From positions 2,336,001-2,400,000 of the forward strand of contig CBDFLE010000006.1 of assembly GCA_965248925.1 (NCBI GenBank): a DNA stretch of 64,000 nt, in the 5' to 3' direction. A model generated the notes under the pieces. It saw only the letters and a program-made list of their open reading frames with translations. It was not told where the DNA came from and did no database searches. A program made the position numbers and the translations under genes. Positions within the stretch are counted from its first letter, which is position 1; each line of letters begins with the position of its first letter. Below, one piece after another: positions 18,518-27,641 of the stretch. The DNA comes from Candidatus Multivoradales bacterium (lineage in GTDB: Bacteria > Acidobacteriota > Thermoanaerobaculia > Multivoradales > J023).

Positions 18518-20604
18518 CGCCTGGCCCCAGGCTCAGATACCACCCCGGCCAAAGCTACGGCCGGACCCGCCAGCGGGTAGCTTGGCGGCAGCGGTCGCGG
18601 TCGTTGTTCGGCGGCGGAGGTATCGAGCAACAACCGCCAACTGCCGCTGAGCGCCATCGCCTCGACGGCGAAGGGTACCGTCCGCGAGTGGCCGTTGACC
18701 ATGATTAGCACTTGCTTGAGTTCTCCTGGTGGCACCACGCCGCCACTCAGCCAGACGGCAAAGGCGCCGCGATTTGATTCACTGCCGGGCGAGCCCGCCA
18801 GCGGCTGGCCAGCGGCAAGAAACCAGCGAATGGCCGCGCCCGGCGGCAGCTCATCAGCCTGCCAAGGGCCGAGAACTACCTCGGGCAAGCGGCGGCGCAG
18901 CCGCAGCAGGTAGCGAACGAAATCCAGGCCGGCCCGGCCCGCCGGGTCTAGCCGCCAACTGATCCAGCTGAACTCGTTATCTTGACAGTAGGCGTTGTTG
19001 TTGCCCTCTTGGCTGTGCCCCAGCTCGTCGCCGGCAGCCAGCATCGGCACCGCGCTCGACAGCAGCAAGGTGGCTAGCAGATTGCGCCGAGCCCGTTCGC
19101 GAGCTTGGCGGATCGCCGGATCCTCAGTGGGGCCTTCATGACCCCAATTGCGACTCAGGTTGTGCTGGCTGCCATCGCGGCCGTGCTCGCCGTTGGCAAA
19201 GTTGTGCCGCTGCTCGTAGCTCACCAGGTCGGCCAGGGTGAAGCCATCGTGGCAGGTGATGAAGTTGATTCCGCGGGCGGCCCGCTTGCGCTGCCGCGGC
19301 AGGAGATCGCGGCTACCGCTGAGGCGGCGGCAAAGCTCAGCTCCGGTTTCGATCTCGCCGCGCCAGAAGCGCCGGACAGCATCGCGGTAACGATCGTTCC
19401 ATTCGCCCCAATGGGCGGGAAACGCCCCCAGGCGATAACCGTCCGGGCCCAGATCCCAGGGTTCAGCGATCATCTTGACCTCGGCCAGCAGCGGATCTTC
19501 GGCCAACCGGCGCAACAACGGCGCCGCGGCGTCGAATAGGTCGCCATCGCGGCCCAACACGGTTGCCAGATCGAAGCGAAAGCCATCGACCCCCATCTCC
19601 TGCACCCAATAGCGCAGGCTCTCGACAATCAAGTGTTGCACTGCCTCGCTGGCGGCGTCGAGGCTGTTGCCGCAGCCGCTGTAGTCGGCAAAACGGCGCC
19701 GGTTGCGCGGCCGCAAGCGGTAGTAAGAGAGGTTATCGAAACCCCTTAACGACAGGGTCGGGCCGCGATGGTCTCCCTCCGCCGTGTGGTTGTAAACCAC
19801 ATCGAGAATCACTTCGATACCGGCCCGGTGCAGCTGCCGCACCATGGTGCGGAATTCGTCGACCTGCTGGCCGGCCACGCCGCCACTGGCATAACCGGCG
19901 TGCGGCGCGAAATAGCCCAGCGTGCTGTAACCCCAATAGTTGCGCAGGCCACGCTGCTGCAAGTGTTGTTCGCTGGCAATTTGCTGCACCGGCAGCAGCT
20001 CTAGGGCGGTCACTCCGAGGGCTTGTAGATGCTCGATCACCGCCGGATGCGCTAGTCCGAGGTAGGTTCCTCGCAGCGGCTCGGGCACCTCGGGATGCAG
20101 CCGGGTGAGCCCGCCGACGTGGCATTCGTAGATCACGCTGTGGCGCCAGGGAGTGCGGGGGCGCTCGACCCCCTGCCAATCGAAGGCTGGGTCGACCACT
20201 ACCGAACGCGGCATCCAGGGGGCGCTATCCAGAGAGCTGAAGGAAGACTCGCCACGCCGCGGATCGTGCGCCAACAGGGCCTCGTGCCAACGCGGCTCGC
20301 CGGTGATCGCCCGCGCCCAGGGATCGACCAGCAGTTTGCCGGCATTGAAGCGATGCCCCCGCTGCGGCTGGTAGGGACCCGCGACCCGATAACCGTAGAG
20401 CTGCCCCGGCCCGAGACCTGCAACAAAGATACTCCACAGCCCATCAGCCCCACGCCGCAGCTGCAAGCGACGGTTCTCGTAGCCTTGGCGCAGATCGTCG
20501 AACAAGCACAGCGAAACTGCCTCGGCATGGCGCGAGAACACCGCGAAGCGCACCCCTCGGCCAGTCCAGCAGGCCCCCAAGGGATACTCGGCGGTAGGAC
20601 TCAC
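18514..20604 (-). CDS. glgX: Glycogen debranching enzyme
   Basis: YPLGA, NYWGY, LDVVYNHTAEG, DGFRFDLA, AEPWD, TCHDGFTL, GNNNAYCQDN. Start assumed at GTG 20604. Confidence 0.96.
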   Translation of the reverse strand: MSPTAEYPLGACWTGRGVRFAVFSRHAEAVSLCLFDDLRQGYENRRLQLRRGADGLWSIFVAGLGPGQLYGYRVAGPYQPQRGHRFNAGKLLVDPWARAITGEPRWHEALLAHDPRRGESSFSSLDSAPWMPRSVVVDPAFDWQGVERPRTPWRHSVIYECHVGGLTRLHPEVPEPLRGTYLGLAHPAVIEHLQALGVTALELLPVQQIASEQHLQQRGLRNYWGYSTLGYFAPHAGYASGGVAGQQVDEFRTMVRQLHRAGIEVILDVVYNHTAEGDHRGPTLSLRGFDNLSYYRLRPRNRRRFADYSGCGNSLDAASEAVQHLIVESLRYWVQEMGVDGFRFDLATVLGRDGDLFDAAAPLLRRLAEDPLLAEVKMIAEPWDLGPDGYRLGAFPAHWGEWNDRYRDAVRRFWRGEIETGAELCRRLSGSRDLLPRQRKRAARGINFITCHDGFTLADLVSYEQRHNFANGEHGRDGSQHNLSRNWGHEGPTEDPAIRQARERARRNLLATLLLSSAVPMLAAGDELGHSQEGNNNAYCQDNEFSWISWRLDPAGRAGLDFVRYLLRLRRRLPEVVLGPWQADELPPGAAIRWFLAAGQPLAGSPGSESNRGAFAVWLSGGVVPPGELKQVLIMVNGHSRTVPFAVEAMALSGSWRLLLDTSAAEQRPRPLPPSYPLAGPAVALAGVVSEPGARR

Positions 20605-20633
20605 AGTGTTCGGATCCTGAGTCTTGTAGCCGT

Positions 20634-21851
20634 TCAGCGAGCGCGTACCTGGACCGTCTCGCCAATGGCGTCGAGCATTTCCCGCAGACGATCGTAGTCT
20701 GGATGCTTGACCCGCACCCAGGCATTGGCCATGTAGCCCGCCTCGACCGGTTGGGTCTGACTGCCCACCGGCGGCAGGTGGGTGTCGATGATCCACGGAG
20801 CGATCTGCTCGAGCAAGTGCAGACCCTTGTAAGCGACGATGCGGCCGTCGCAGTCGGGACGCAGGTTGATCAAGCCGGCGGAGTAGCGCTTCGACGGCTC
20901 GGCGCCGGGCTTACCGTGCGCCAAGGCCATTGCCCATTCGCGGTAGACATCCATCTCATGCGCCGCGCAGTAGAGATCCCAGGCCCCGACCCCCGGTGGC
21001 CGGCAGCCGATCTCGGAAAACTTCAGCCCCTTGGGGCCAAAGAACCACTCCATGTGGGTGGCCGAAGTGCCAATGCCGAGCACTTCGATCACCTTCTTGC
21101 CCAGCTCCCGCACTTCGTCGTAGCCTTCGGCATTGAGCCGGTTGGTGGTGATGAACTGGGGCGAGATCCAGCGGGTGCGCATCGCTTCAAGCACTCCCGG
21201 GTAGTAGTGGGTGACGAATTCATGCATCACCTCACCCTCGACACAGAGGGTGTCGTAGAAGCCTTCGTGGCCTTCGATAAACTCCTCGACCGCTACTCCC
21301 GCCCCCTGGCCAACACCCGACTCTTCGATCGCCTGCTCCAGCTGCTCATCGTCGTCAACCCGCCAGGTATTGGCGGCACCAGCGGCATCGCGGGGTTTGA
21401 TGATCAGTGGAAAACCCACTTGGCGGGCGAATTGCCGCACCTCTTCAGGATCGCTGGTGCCGGTGCTTTGGGCAGTGGGTACCCCGGCCTGGCGCAGCGC
21501 TTCCTTCATCGCCGGCTTGTCGCGACACAGATAGGAGGTCTTGACGCTAGTGCCGGGAATGCCGCAAGTCTCGCGCACCCGCGCCGCGGCCATGATGTGG
21601 GCCTCGATCGTGGCCTCCAGCCGATCGACCCAGCCCCGCGCCTGAACCTTTTTCACCGCCGCCAGCAAGGACGGCTCGTGGACCACGCTGGGTACCTGCT
21701 CGTAAGCGTGCAACCACTGTCGCACATCACTCGGCAGAGCTGAGGCCGGAAGCTCACCAATGCCGGTAACCTGAGCACCGACGGCACGCAGAGCGCGAAC
21801 AAACTGCTTCTGATTGTAGGGAAAACAAGGCTCGACAAATATGACGTGCAT
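20634..21851 (-). CDS. ATP-grasp domain protein (MxVIFVEPxFP family)
   Basis: RDKPAMK, GFPLIIKP, VEEFIEG, THMEWF, SEIGCRPPG. Confidence 0.88.
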   Translation of the reverse strand: MHVIFVEPCFPYNQKQFVRALRAVGAQVTGIGELPASALPSDVRQWLHAYEQVPSVVHEPSLLAAVKKVQARGWVDRLEATIEAHIMAAARVRETCGIPGTSVKTSYLCRDKPAMKEALRQAGVPTAQSTGTSDPEEVRQFARQVGFPLIIKPRDAAGAANTWRVDDDEQLEQAIEESGVGQGAGVAVEEFIEGHEGFYDTLCVEGEVMHEFVTHYYPGVLEAMRTRWISPQFITTNRLNAEGYDEVRELGKKVIEVLGIGTSATHMEWFFGPKGLKFSEIGCRPPGVGAWDLYCAAHEMDVYREWAMALAHGKPGAEPSKRYSAGLINLRPDCDGRIVAYKGLHLLEQIAPWIIDTHLPPVGSQTQPVEAGYMANAWVRVKHPDYDRLREMLDAIGETVQVRAR

Positions 21852-21942
21852 GGCTCGCCTCGCAGACGGTAGGCCGACAAAGGCCGGGACGAATCCCGGT
21901 GCGAAAGGAGCCACGATACTAACACCTAGACAACGGCCGAGC

Positions 21943-21968
21943 GGCCCGGATCGGGAGATCTCCGGGCC
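21943..21968. terminator. GC-rich hairpin downstream of the DUF4097 gene, possible terminator
   Basis: ggcccgga-N10-tccgggcc, with no clear U-tract on the minus strand. Confidence 0.35.
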
Positions 21969-21998
21969 TCTCTTGACCGTTGCGCGAGGATTTCTGAG

Positions 21999-22865
21999 TC
22001 AGATCCGATCGAGATGAATTCGGCCGTTGGTGGCGCGCAGGCTGATCAGCGGCCCACCTCCGTTGAGATCGAAACTGACCCGCTTGTGCCGGCTGTGGTG
22101 GCGCTTGTGGTTGGCGGGGCGCTCGACCAAGTCGCCATCGATCGTGCCATTCTGAGTGCGAGCCTCTATCGAAGCCGCCAGACTAGCGTCCACCGCCAGC
22201 TCGATCGAACCGTTGGTGGTCGATAGCTCAATATCTTCGCTCAGCGAATTGGCAAGCATCTCAGCGCTAATGCTGCCATTGGTCGAAGAAGCATCGACCC
22301 GGCCGCCGATGCGCCGCGCACGGATACCGCCATTGGTAGTCGATGCTTCGAGATCGCCACCGATGTCAACCGCCTCGATACCGCCGTTGACAGTGTGCAG
22401 CGAGACCTCTCCCCCCACCCCCTCGGCCGAGACACCGCCGTTGGCCGAGTGGACATCGACGGCGATGTCGCGGGGCACCATGATCTCGTAGTCGACCTTA
22501 TAGTGGACCCCTCGATTCCAGCTCTCGCGACCCGGCACCAGGGTTTCGATCGCGACCCGGCCCGCGGTCTCGCGGATGTCGACTTCGATCTGCTGTAGCA
22601 ACTCGGCGGCGTTGCCGTTCTTGGAACGCACTTTCTTCTGCGCCGTGATGCCAACCTGGGTCCGATCCCAAGCCTTAATGGTAATGCTGCCATTGATGCT
22701 TTCGATCACCAACGCACCGCCGGCGCCAAGCTCTACCGTGCGCTCAATAACCTCTTTCTCCCAGTCGCCACGACTGCCCCTATCCGCGGCCGCGGTGGCC
22801 ACCCAAAACATCGACAGCAAGATCGACAGCGATAGGGCCACGGTTGAAAAGACCCATTTCTTCAT
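21999..22865 (-). CDS. DUF4097 beta-strand repeat protein, secreted
   Basis: Signal peptide plus repeated (S/T)xNG(G/S)I motifs. Confidence 0.9.
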   Translation of the reverse strand: MKKWVFSTVALSLSILLSMFWVATAAADRGSRGDWEKEVIERTVELGAGGALVIESINGSITIKAWDRTQVGITAQKKVRSKNGNAAELLQQIEVDIRETAGRVAIETLVPGRESWNRGVHYKVDYEIMVPRDIAVDVHSANGGVSAEGVGGEVSLHTVNGGIEAVDIGGDLEASTTNGGIRARRIGGRVDASSTNGSISAEMLANSLSEDIELSTTNGSIELAVDASLAASIEARTQNGTIDGDLVERPANHKRHHSRHKRVSFDLNGGGPLISLRATNGRIHLDRI

Positions 22866-22916
22866 GCGTTTCACCTCCACAGGGCGTTGTTGTATTGCTT
22901 GACTCTCTGCTCCATA

Positions 22917-22943
22917 GACGCCGGTCCGAGGCGAAAGGTTTGA
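22917..22943 (-). promoter_or_regulatory. Putative ECF-sigma promoter of the DUF4097 gene
   Basis: Minus strand reads TCAAAC-N17-CGTC, about 50 bp upstream of the ATG. Confidence 0.45.
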
Positions 22944-23059
22944 GCCCGGTTTGAGTCCCGCTTGAGCCGTTGGCGATCAGAGCGTATCGTCCATGCTGCG
23001 GCTTAGACCTCCTGGTAGGCTAGCTTTACTCCCAACTGTCTAGCCGATAGGAACCGCCG

Positions 23060-23887
23060 ATGCGCCGATACCGACCCGCCCGAACTCTTGTCAGCCTCAC
23101 CCTCTTGCTCACTCTGGCCACCGCTTGCGGCGACGATCGACTCCAGCTGGTCGGCACGGTCGAGCGCAAGACCCTGGAGTTGGCGGTGCCGATTTCCGAG
23201 GTGATCACCGAGATCCCGGTGGCGGTGGGCAGCCGCATCGAGGCCGAGGAGGTGGTGGTTCAGCTGGACACCGAGGTGGCGGCCGCCGAATTGCGGGCCG
23301 CCGAGGCAGCCCGCGATGCGGCACAAGCAGGGGTCATCGAGACTCGCGGCGTGTTCAGCCGCGTCGAGCGGCTGCGGCGCTCAGGGGTCAAACCGCAGCA
23401 GGCCCTCGACGTGGCTCGGCGCCAGCGAGACGAAGCCCTGGCCCAGTTGGCTTCCTGCGAAGCGCGGATCGTCCAGGCCAGCCATCACCTGGCAGATTTG
23501 ACTGTCCGCACTCTGTCCGCCGGCATTGTCGACCAACTGCCCTACGAGATCGGCGAGCGAGCCCCCGCTGGCGGCGTGGTGGCGGTGGTGCTAGCCGACA
23601 CCAAACCCTGGGTGCGGGTGTGGCTGCCGGCCCGGGTGGTGGCACGGTTGACTCCAGGGCACGCCGCCCAGGTCAGCATTGAAGGGCTCGACAAAGCCCT
23701 GGTGGGGCGCCTGCTCGACATTGCTCGCGAGCCCGAATTCACTCCCCACTATGCCCTCACCGAACGGGAGTCCGCCCACCTGGTGTACGAGGCCCGAATA
23801 GAATTGCAAGACGCCCCCGCCGACTTGCCTCCCGGCCTGCCAGCACGGATCACGCTGCATGCCGACGCACAGGAAACAGCGGGTTGA
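23060..23887 (+). CDS. HlyD-family membrane fusion lipoprotein
   Basis: LATAC lipobox-like signal, coiled region, EPEFTPHY motif. Upstream of an ABC exporter. Confidence 0.88.
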   Translation: MRRYRPARTLVSLTLLLTLATACGDDRLQLVGTVERKTLELAVPISEVITEIPVAVGSRIEAEEVVVQLDTEVAAAELRAAEAARDAAQAGVIETRGVFSRVERLRRSGVKPQQALDVARRQRDEALAQLASCEARIVQASHHLADLTVRTLSAGIVDQLPYEIGERAPAGGVVAVVLADTKPWVRVWLPARVVARLTPGHAAQVSIEGLDKALVGRLLDIAREPEFTPHYALTERESAHLVYEARIELQDAPADLPPGLPARITLHADAQETAG

Positions 23888-24840
23888 GCGACGCTGAGCT
23901 GGTGATCGACGCCCGCGGCCTGGTGCGTCGCTTTGGCGATCGGGTGGCGGTGGACGGAGTCGACCTCGAGGTTCGCCGCGGCGAGGTGTTCGGTTTTCTG
24001 GGTCCCAACGGCGCCGGCAAATCGACCCTGATTCGGATGCTGGTCGGCCTGCTCTCGCCGAGCGCCGGCAATGCCGAAGTTCTGGGGCTCGAGATCCCCG
24101 CCCAAGCGGAGCAGCTGCGCTCCAGACTTGGCTACATGACCCAGAAATTCTCCCTCTACGACGATCTGTCAATCGAGGAGAATCTCCGCTTCGCCGCCGA
24201 GATCTTCGGCATGCATGGCGAGGAGGCCACGCAGCGGGTCGAAACTCAGCTGGCCGAATATGGCCTTGCCGAACGCCGCCAGCAGCGCCCAGCAACTTTG
24301 TCCGGTGGCTGGAAACAGCGCCTGGCCCTGGCGGTAGCGACCGTCCACCGGCCCGAGCTGCTCTTCCTCGACGAGCCCACCGCCGGCGTTGACCCCGACA
24401 GCCGGCGCGAGTTCTGGGAGAAGCTGTTCGAGCTCGCGGCGGCTGGCACCACCTTGCTGGTGTCGACCCACTACATGGACGAGGCGGTGCGCTGCCACCG
24501 CATCGGCATTCTCAAGAGTGGTCGCTGGATGGCAATCGCTCGGCCGATGGAGCTCACCGAACACCTAGCTGGCCGCGTTGTAGAGCTACGCGCCGAGCCT
24601 ATCGAGCGGGCGCTGGCCGAGCTGCGCCGGTTGCCGCAAGTGCTCAGCGTCACCCAACTCGGCTACCGGGTGCATGTGCTGCTCACCGAAGACGCGCCGC
24701 CAGCGGCCGAAGCCGCGGCAGGCCTGGCCGCCGCGCTCGAAGCCCGCGGCTTGCGCTCCTTCGAAGCGATGGCTGAAGAACCCAATCTGGAGGATGTCTT
24801 CGTCGCCCTGACCCAAGAGCCGGCGGGGATCGAGGCGTGA
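23884..24840 (+). CDS. ABC transporter ATP-binding protein
   Basis: GPNGAGKST, LSGGWKQR, LFLDEPT, STHYMDE. Confidence 0.96.
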   Translation: MSDAELVIDARGLVRRFGDRVAVDGVDLEVRRGEVFGFLGPNGAGKSTLIRMLVGLLSPSAGNAEVLGLEIPAQAEQLRSRLGYMTQKFSLYDDLSIEENLRFAAEIFGMHGEEATQRVETQLAEYGLAERRQQRPATLSGGWKQRLALAVATVHRPELLFLDEPTAGVDPDSRREFWEKLFELAAAGTTLLVSTHYMDEAVRCHRIGILKSGRWMAIARPMELTEHLAGRVVELRAEPIERALAELRRLPQVLSVTQLGYRVHVLLTEDAPPAAEAAAGLAAALEARGLRSFEAMAEEPNLEDVFVALTQEPAGIEA

Positions 24841-26051
24841 GCCACCGCGGCAGTTGGCGCCAGGGCTGGCTAGCAAGTTGGCGGCGGGTGCGCTCGGTGG
24901 CGGTCAAGGAACTCCGCCAACTGATCAGAGACCCCTTCACCCTCGGCTTCGCGGTCGGGGTGCCAGCGGCGCAGCTCCTGCTCTTTGGCTACGCCATCAA
25001 CCAGGACATCCGCCAAGTACCCACGGCGGTGGTCGATCAGGCCAACAGCACCGTTTCGCGGCGCCTGGTGGGCCAGATGGAAGCCAGCCAGACTTTCGAA
25101 ATCAAGTTCCGGCCCACCAACGAGCAGCGTGCCCGGCGGCTACTCCAGCAAGGCAAGGCCAAGGTCGTGGTGGTGATTCCGGCCGACTTCAGCCGCGCCG
25201 TCTATCGCGGTCGCGGCGCCGAGGTCTCGGTATTGGTCGACGCCTCCGATCCCACCGTGGCGCGGGCCGTACGGACCACCGCCAACGGCATGATGGAGCG
25301 CCACAACAAACGCTTGCAGCACTTTCAGCTGGGGCCGAACCAGGGTTCGCAGCGGGTCTCGCGCCAGCGTTCGCAATTCGGCAGCGAAAAGCGACTGGTG
25401 GGTAGTCAGTTCCTGCGCTTCGCGGTACTCAATTATTACAATCCGGAGCTACGAACACCCGTCTTCGTGGTCCCGGCCCTGCTCGGCGTGATTCTGACCA
25501 CAACGATGATTTTGATGACCGCCCTGGCCATCGTGCGCGAGCGCGAGCGCGGTACCTTCGAATTCCTGATCGCCACTCCGATCCGCCGGGTCGAGCTGAT
25601 GGCGGGCAAGATCCTGCCCTATGTCGGCATCGGAGTGATGCAGATCTTCATCGTCTTGATCACCGGCCTGGTGCTCTTCCGAGTGCCTATCGAGGGGCGG
25701 GTGCTCGACCTGCTGGCCGCCTCGCTGGTGTTTATCGCCGCCAATCTGGTGCTCGGCTTGGTCATTTCATCAGTGACCTCGACCCAATTTCAGGCCACCC
25801 AATTGTCGTTCTTCTTCTTCCTTCCCTCGGTGCTGCTGTCGGGTTTCATGTTCCCCTTCGAAGCGATGCCGATTCCAGCGCAGTGGTTGGGCGAGATGCT
25901 GCCCCTGACCCACTTCATCCGCATCACCCGCAGTATCCTCTTGCGTGGCACCTCGCTGTTCGACCTCGGCGGCGAGGTCGGTGCCATGCTGCTGTTCACC
26001 GTGGTCGGCTTCATCGCCGCCACGCGGTTGTTCACCAAGAAGCTCGACTGA
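24837..26051 (+). CDS. ABC-2 type permease (YbhR/YbhS-like)
   Basis: LFGYAIN, YNPEL, RERERGTFE, LSGFMFP, multiple TM segments. Confidence 0.94.
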   Translation: MSHRGSWRQGWLASWRRVRSVAVKELRQLIRDPFTLGFAVGVPAAQLLLFGYAINQDIRQVPTAVVDQANSTVSRRLVGQMEASQTFEIKFRPTNEQRARRLLQQGKAKVVVVIPADFSRAVYRGRGAEVSVLVDASDPTVARAVRTTANGMMERHNKRLQHFQLGPNQGSQRVSRQRSQFGSEKRLVGSQFLRFAVLNYYNPELRTPVFVVPALLGVILTTTMILMTALAIVRERERGTFEFLIATPIRRVELMAGKILPYVGIGVMQIFIVLITGLVLFRVPIEGRVLDLLAASLVFIAANLVLGLVISSVTSTQFQATQLSFFFFLPSVLLSGFMFPFEAMPIPAQWLGEMLPLTHFIRITRSILLRGTSLFDLGGEVGAMLLFTVVGFIAATRLFTKKLD

Positions 26052-26076
26052 GAGCTACCAACGAAGGAGGGGGGAG

Positions 26077-26664
26077 ATGCCCCGCAAACCGCACCCGACC
26101 GCTCTGCGACCACGCCTGCTCAGGACTCTTCATGCCGCCACCGTAGTCGTTTGTTTGATGGCCAGCTTGGCGGCCTGCGCGGTGGCCGGAGGATCGTCCT
26201 TGACCCTTGGCGAACCAATGCCGGCGTTTGAACTGGCTAATCTGGCCGGCGGCACCCTGGCGAGCGAAGACTTGCGGGGCGCGGTGACAGTGATCAACTT
26301 CTGGGCGACTTGGTGTGGCCCCTGCCGGCGTGAGATTCCGGCACTGCGGGAAATCGGCCAAGTCGCTCGGGTGATAGGGATCAGCCTCGACGACGCCGGC
26401 GAGCAAGGGGCGGTGCGCCAGTTCATCGCCGGCGAAAATATCGACTACACCGTGCTCCAAGGCACCAGGGCACTGACCAGCCAATTCGGTATTCGCAGCA
26501 TTCCCTTCACCCTGATCCTCGATCCGCAGCTCAACGTCACCGCCACTTATCGCGGAGTAGTCCGCCAACGTCGTTTGCGCAAGGCGATCCAAAGAGCATC
26601 TCGGGCTGGCCTCGGCAAGCTCGAGCCGGCCCACTCGGACAGCCGCGAAGGAAGTCCGACATGA
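26077..26664 (+). CDS. TlpA-family thiol-disulfide oxidoreductase (lipoprotein)
   Basis: NFWATWCGPC and LAAC lipobox. ATG 26077 follows GGAGGGGGGAG. Confidence 0.9.
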   Translation: MPRKPHPTALRPRLLRTLHAATVVVCLMASLAACAVAGGSSLTLGEPMPAFELANLAGGTLASEDLRGAVTVINFWATWCGPCRREIPALREIGQVARVIGISLDDAGEQGAVRQFIAGENIDYTVLQGTRALTSQFGIRSIPFTLILDPQLNVTATYRGVVRQRRLRKAIQRASRAGLGKLEPAHSDSREGSPT

Positions 26665-27395
26665 TCGCCCACAACCGTCCCATTTGGCAGCCGTGGCTGC
26701 TAACTCTAGGCCTCGGACTGCTGCTGGCGACCAGCGCTTTCGCCGAGGAGGTTTGGTTCATCGCCGGCAGCGAGCAACAGCTGACCCAGACCGAGGCCCG
26801 CGAGCTGATCCTCGACGGCAAGTACAAGATGACCAAGGTGACCGAAGGCGAGCTCACCCGCGCGATCCTCTACAACAGCACTGACGAGCTGACCCCTTAC
26901 CTGCCGGCAGCCGCCATCGAGCGCATGAACCGGCCAGTGGAGTGGATCGATCCCCTTATGGCGTGGAGTGGCAAGAAATACCCTGACTTCGAATTCACCG
27001 GCCTCGACGGCTCGCGGCTGCGCTCGGCCGATCTGGCGGGGCGAGTGGCGGTGTTGAACTTCTGGTTCATCGCCTGCTTGCCCTGCGTCGAAGAGCTGCC
27101 AGTGCTCAACCAGCTGGTCGAACACTATGCCGAGAGCGAAGTAAACTTCGTCGCCGCCACCTTCGACCCAGCCGAGAAAGTGACCGCCTTCCTGGCCAAG
27201 AGGCCTTTCGACTACCAGCAAACCACCCTCGACCACTCTCTGCTGCAGAAACTCAGCATCGGCGCTTTTCCCACCCACGTCATCCTCGGCCGCGACGGCA
27301 AGATGCGCGCTTTCGTAACCGGCCTCGCCGGTGGCTCAAACAGCCTCCGCGATGAACTCAGCAAAGAGATTGACGCGGCGTTGGCAGGGGACTAG
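26661..27395 (+). CDS. TlpA-family thiol-disulfide oxidoreductase, secreted
   Basis: Signal peptide, NFWFIACLPC and the cis-Pro motif AFPT. Confidence 0.88.
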   Translation: MIAHNRPIWQPWLLTLGLGLLLATSAFAEEVWFIAGSEQQLTQTEARELILDGKYKMTKVTEGELTRAILYNSTDELTPYLPAAAIERMNRPVEWIDPLMAWSGKKYPDFEFTGLDGSRLRSADLAGRVAVLNFWFIACLPCVEELPVLNQLVEHYAESEVNFVAATFDPAEKVTAFLAKRPFDYQQTTLDHSLLQKLSIGAFPTHVILGRDGKMRAFVTGLAGGSNSLRDELSKEIDAALAGD

Positions 27396-27463
27396 GCGCT
27401 GAGCCAAAGCACGGCAGCCAACTCCACACGCCATCACGGTCGCAGGTCCACCGCTTAGGCGAG

Positions 27464-27492
27464 TTGACAGCAAGATAGCTCCATAATAGAGT
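27464..27492 (+). promoter_or_regulatory. Sigma70-type promoter
   Basis: TTGACA (27464-27469)-N17-TAGAGT (27487-27492), 150 bp upstream of 27642. Confidence 0.55.
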
Positions 27493-27641
27493 GCTCACGC
27501 GGTTACCGTCTACACGAATCGCATTCAACTCCAGCAAAGTTCTGGCGCGATGCCTGCCGGGTTGGCAAGCACACGTTTGAGTTGTTCCGCCCAATACTCA
27601 TATGATAACACTGAGACAAAGGTCTCCAAAAGTAACAGAAT

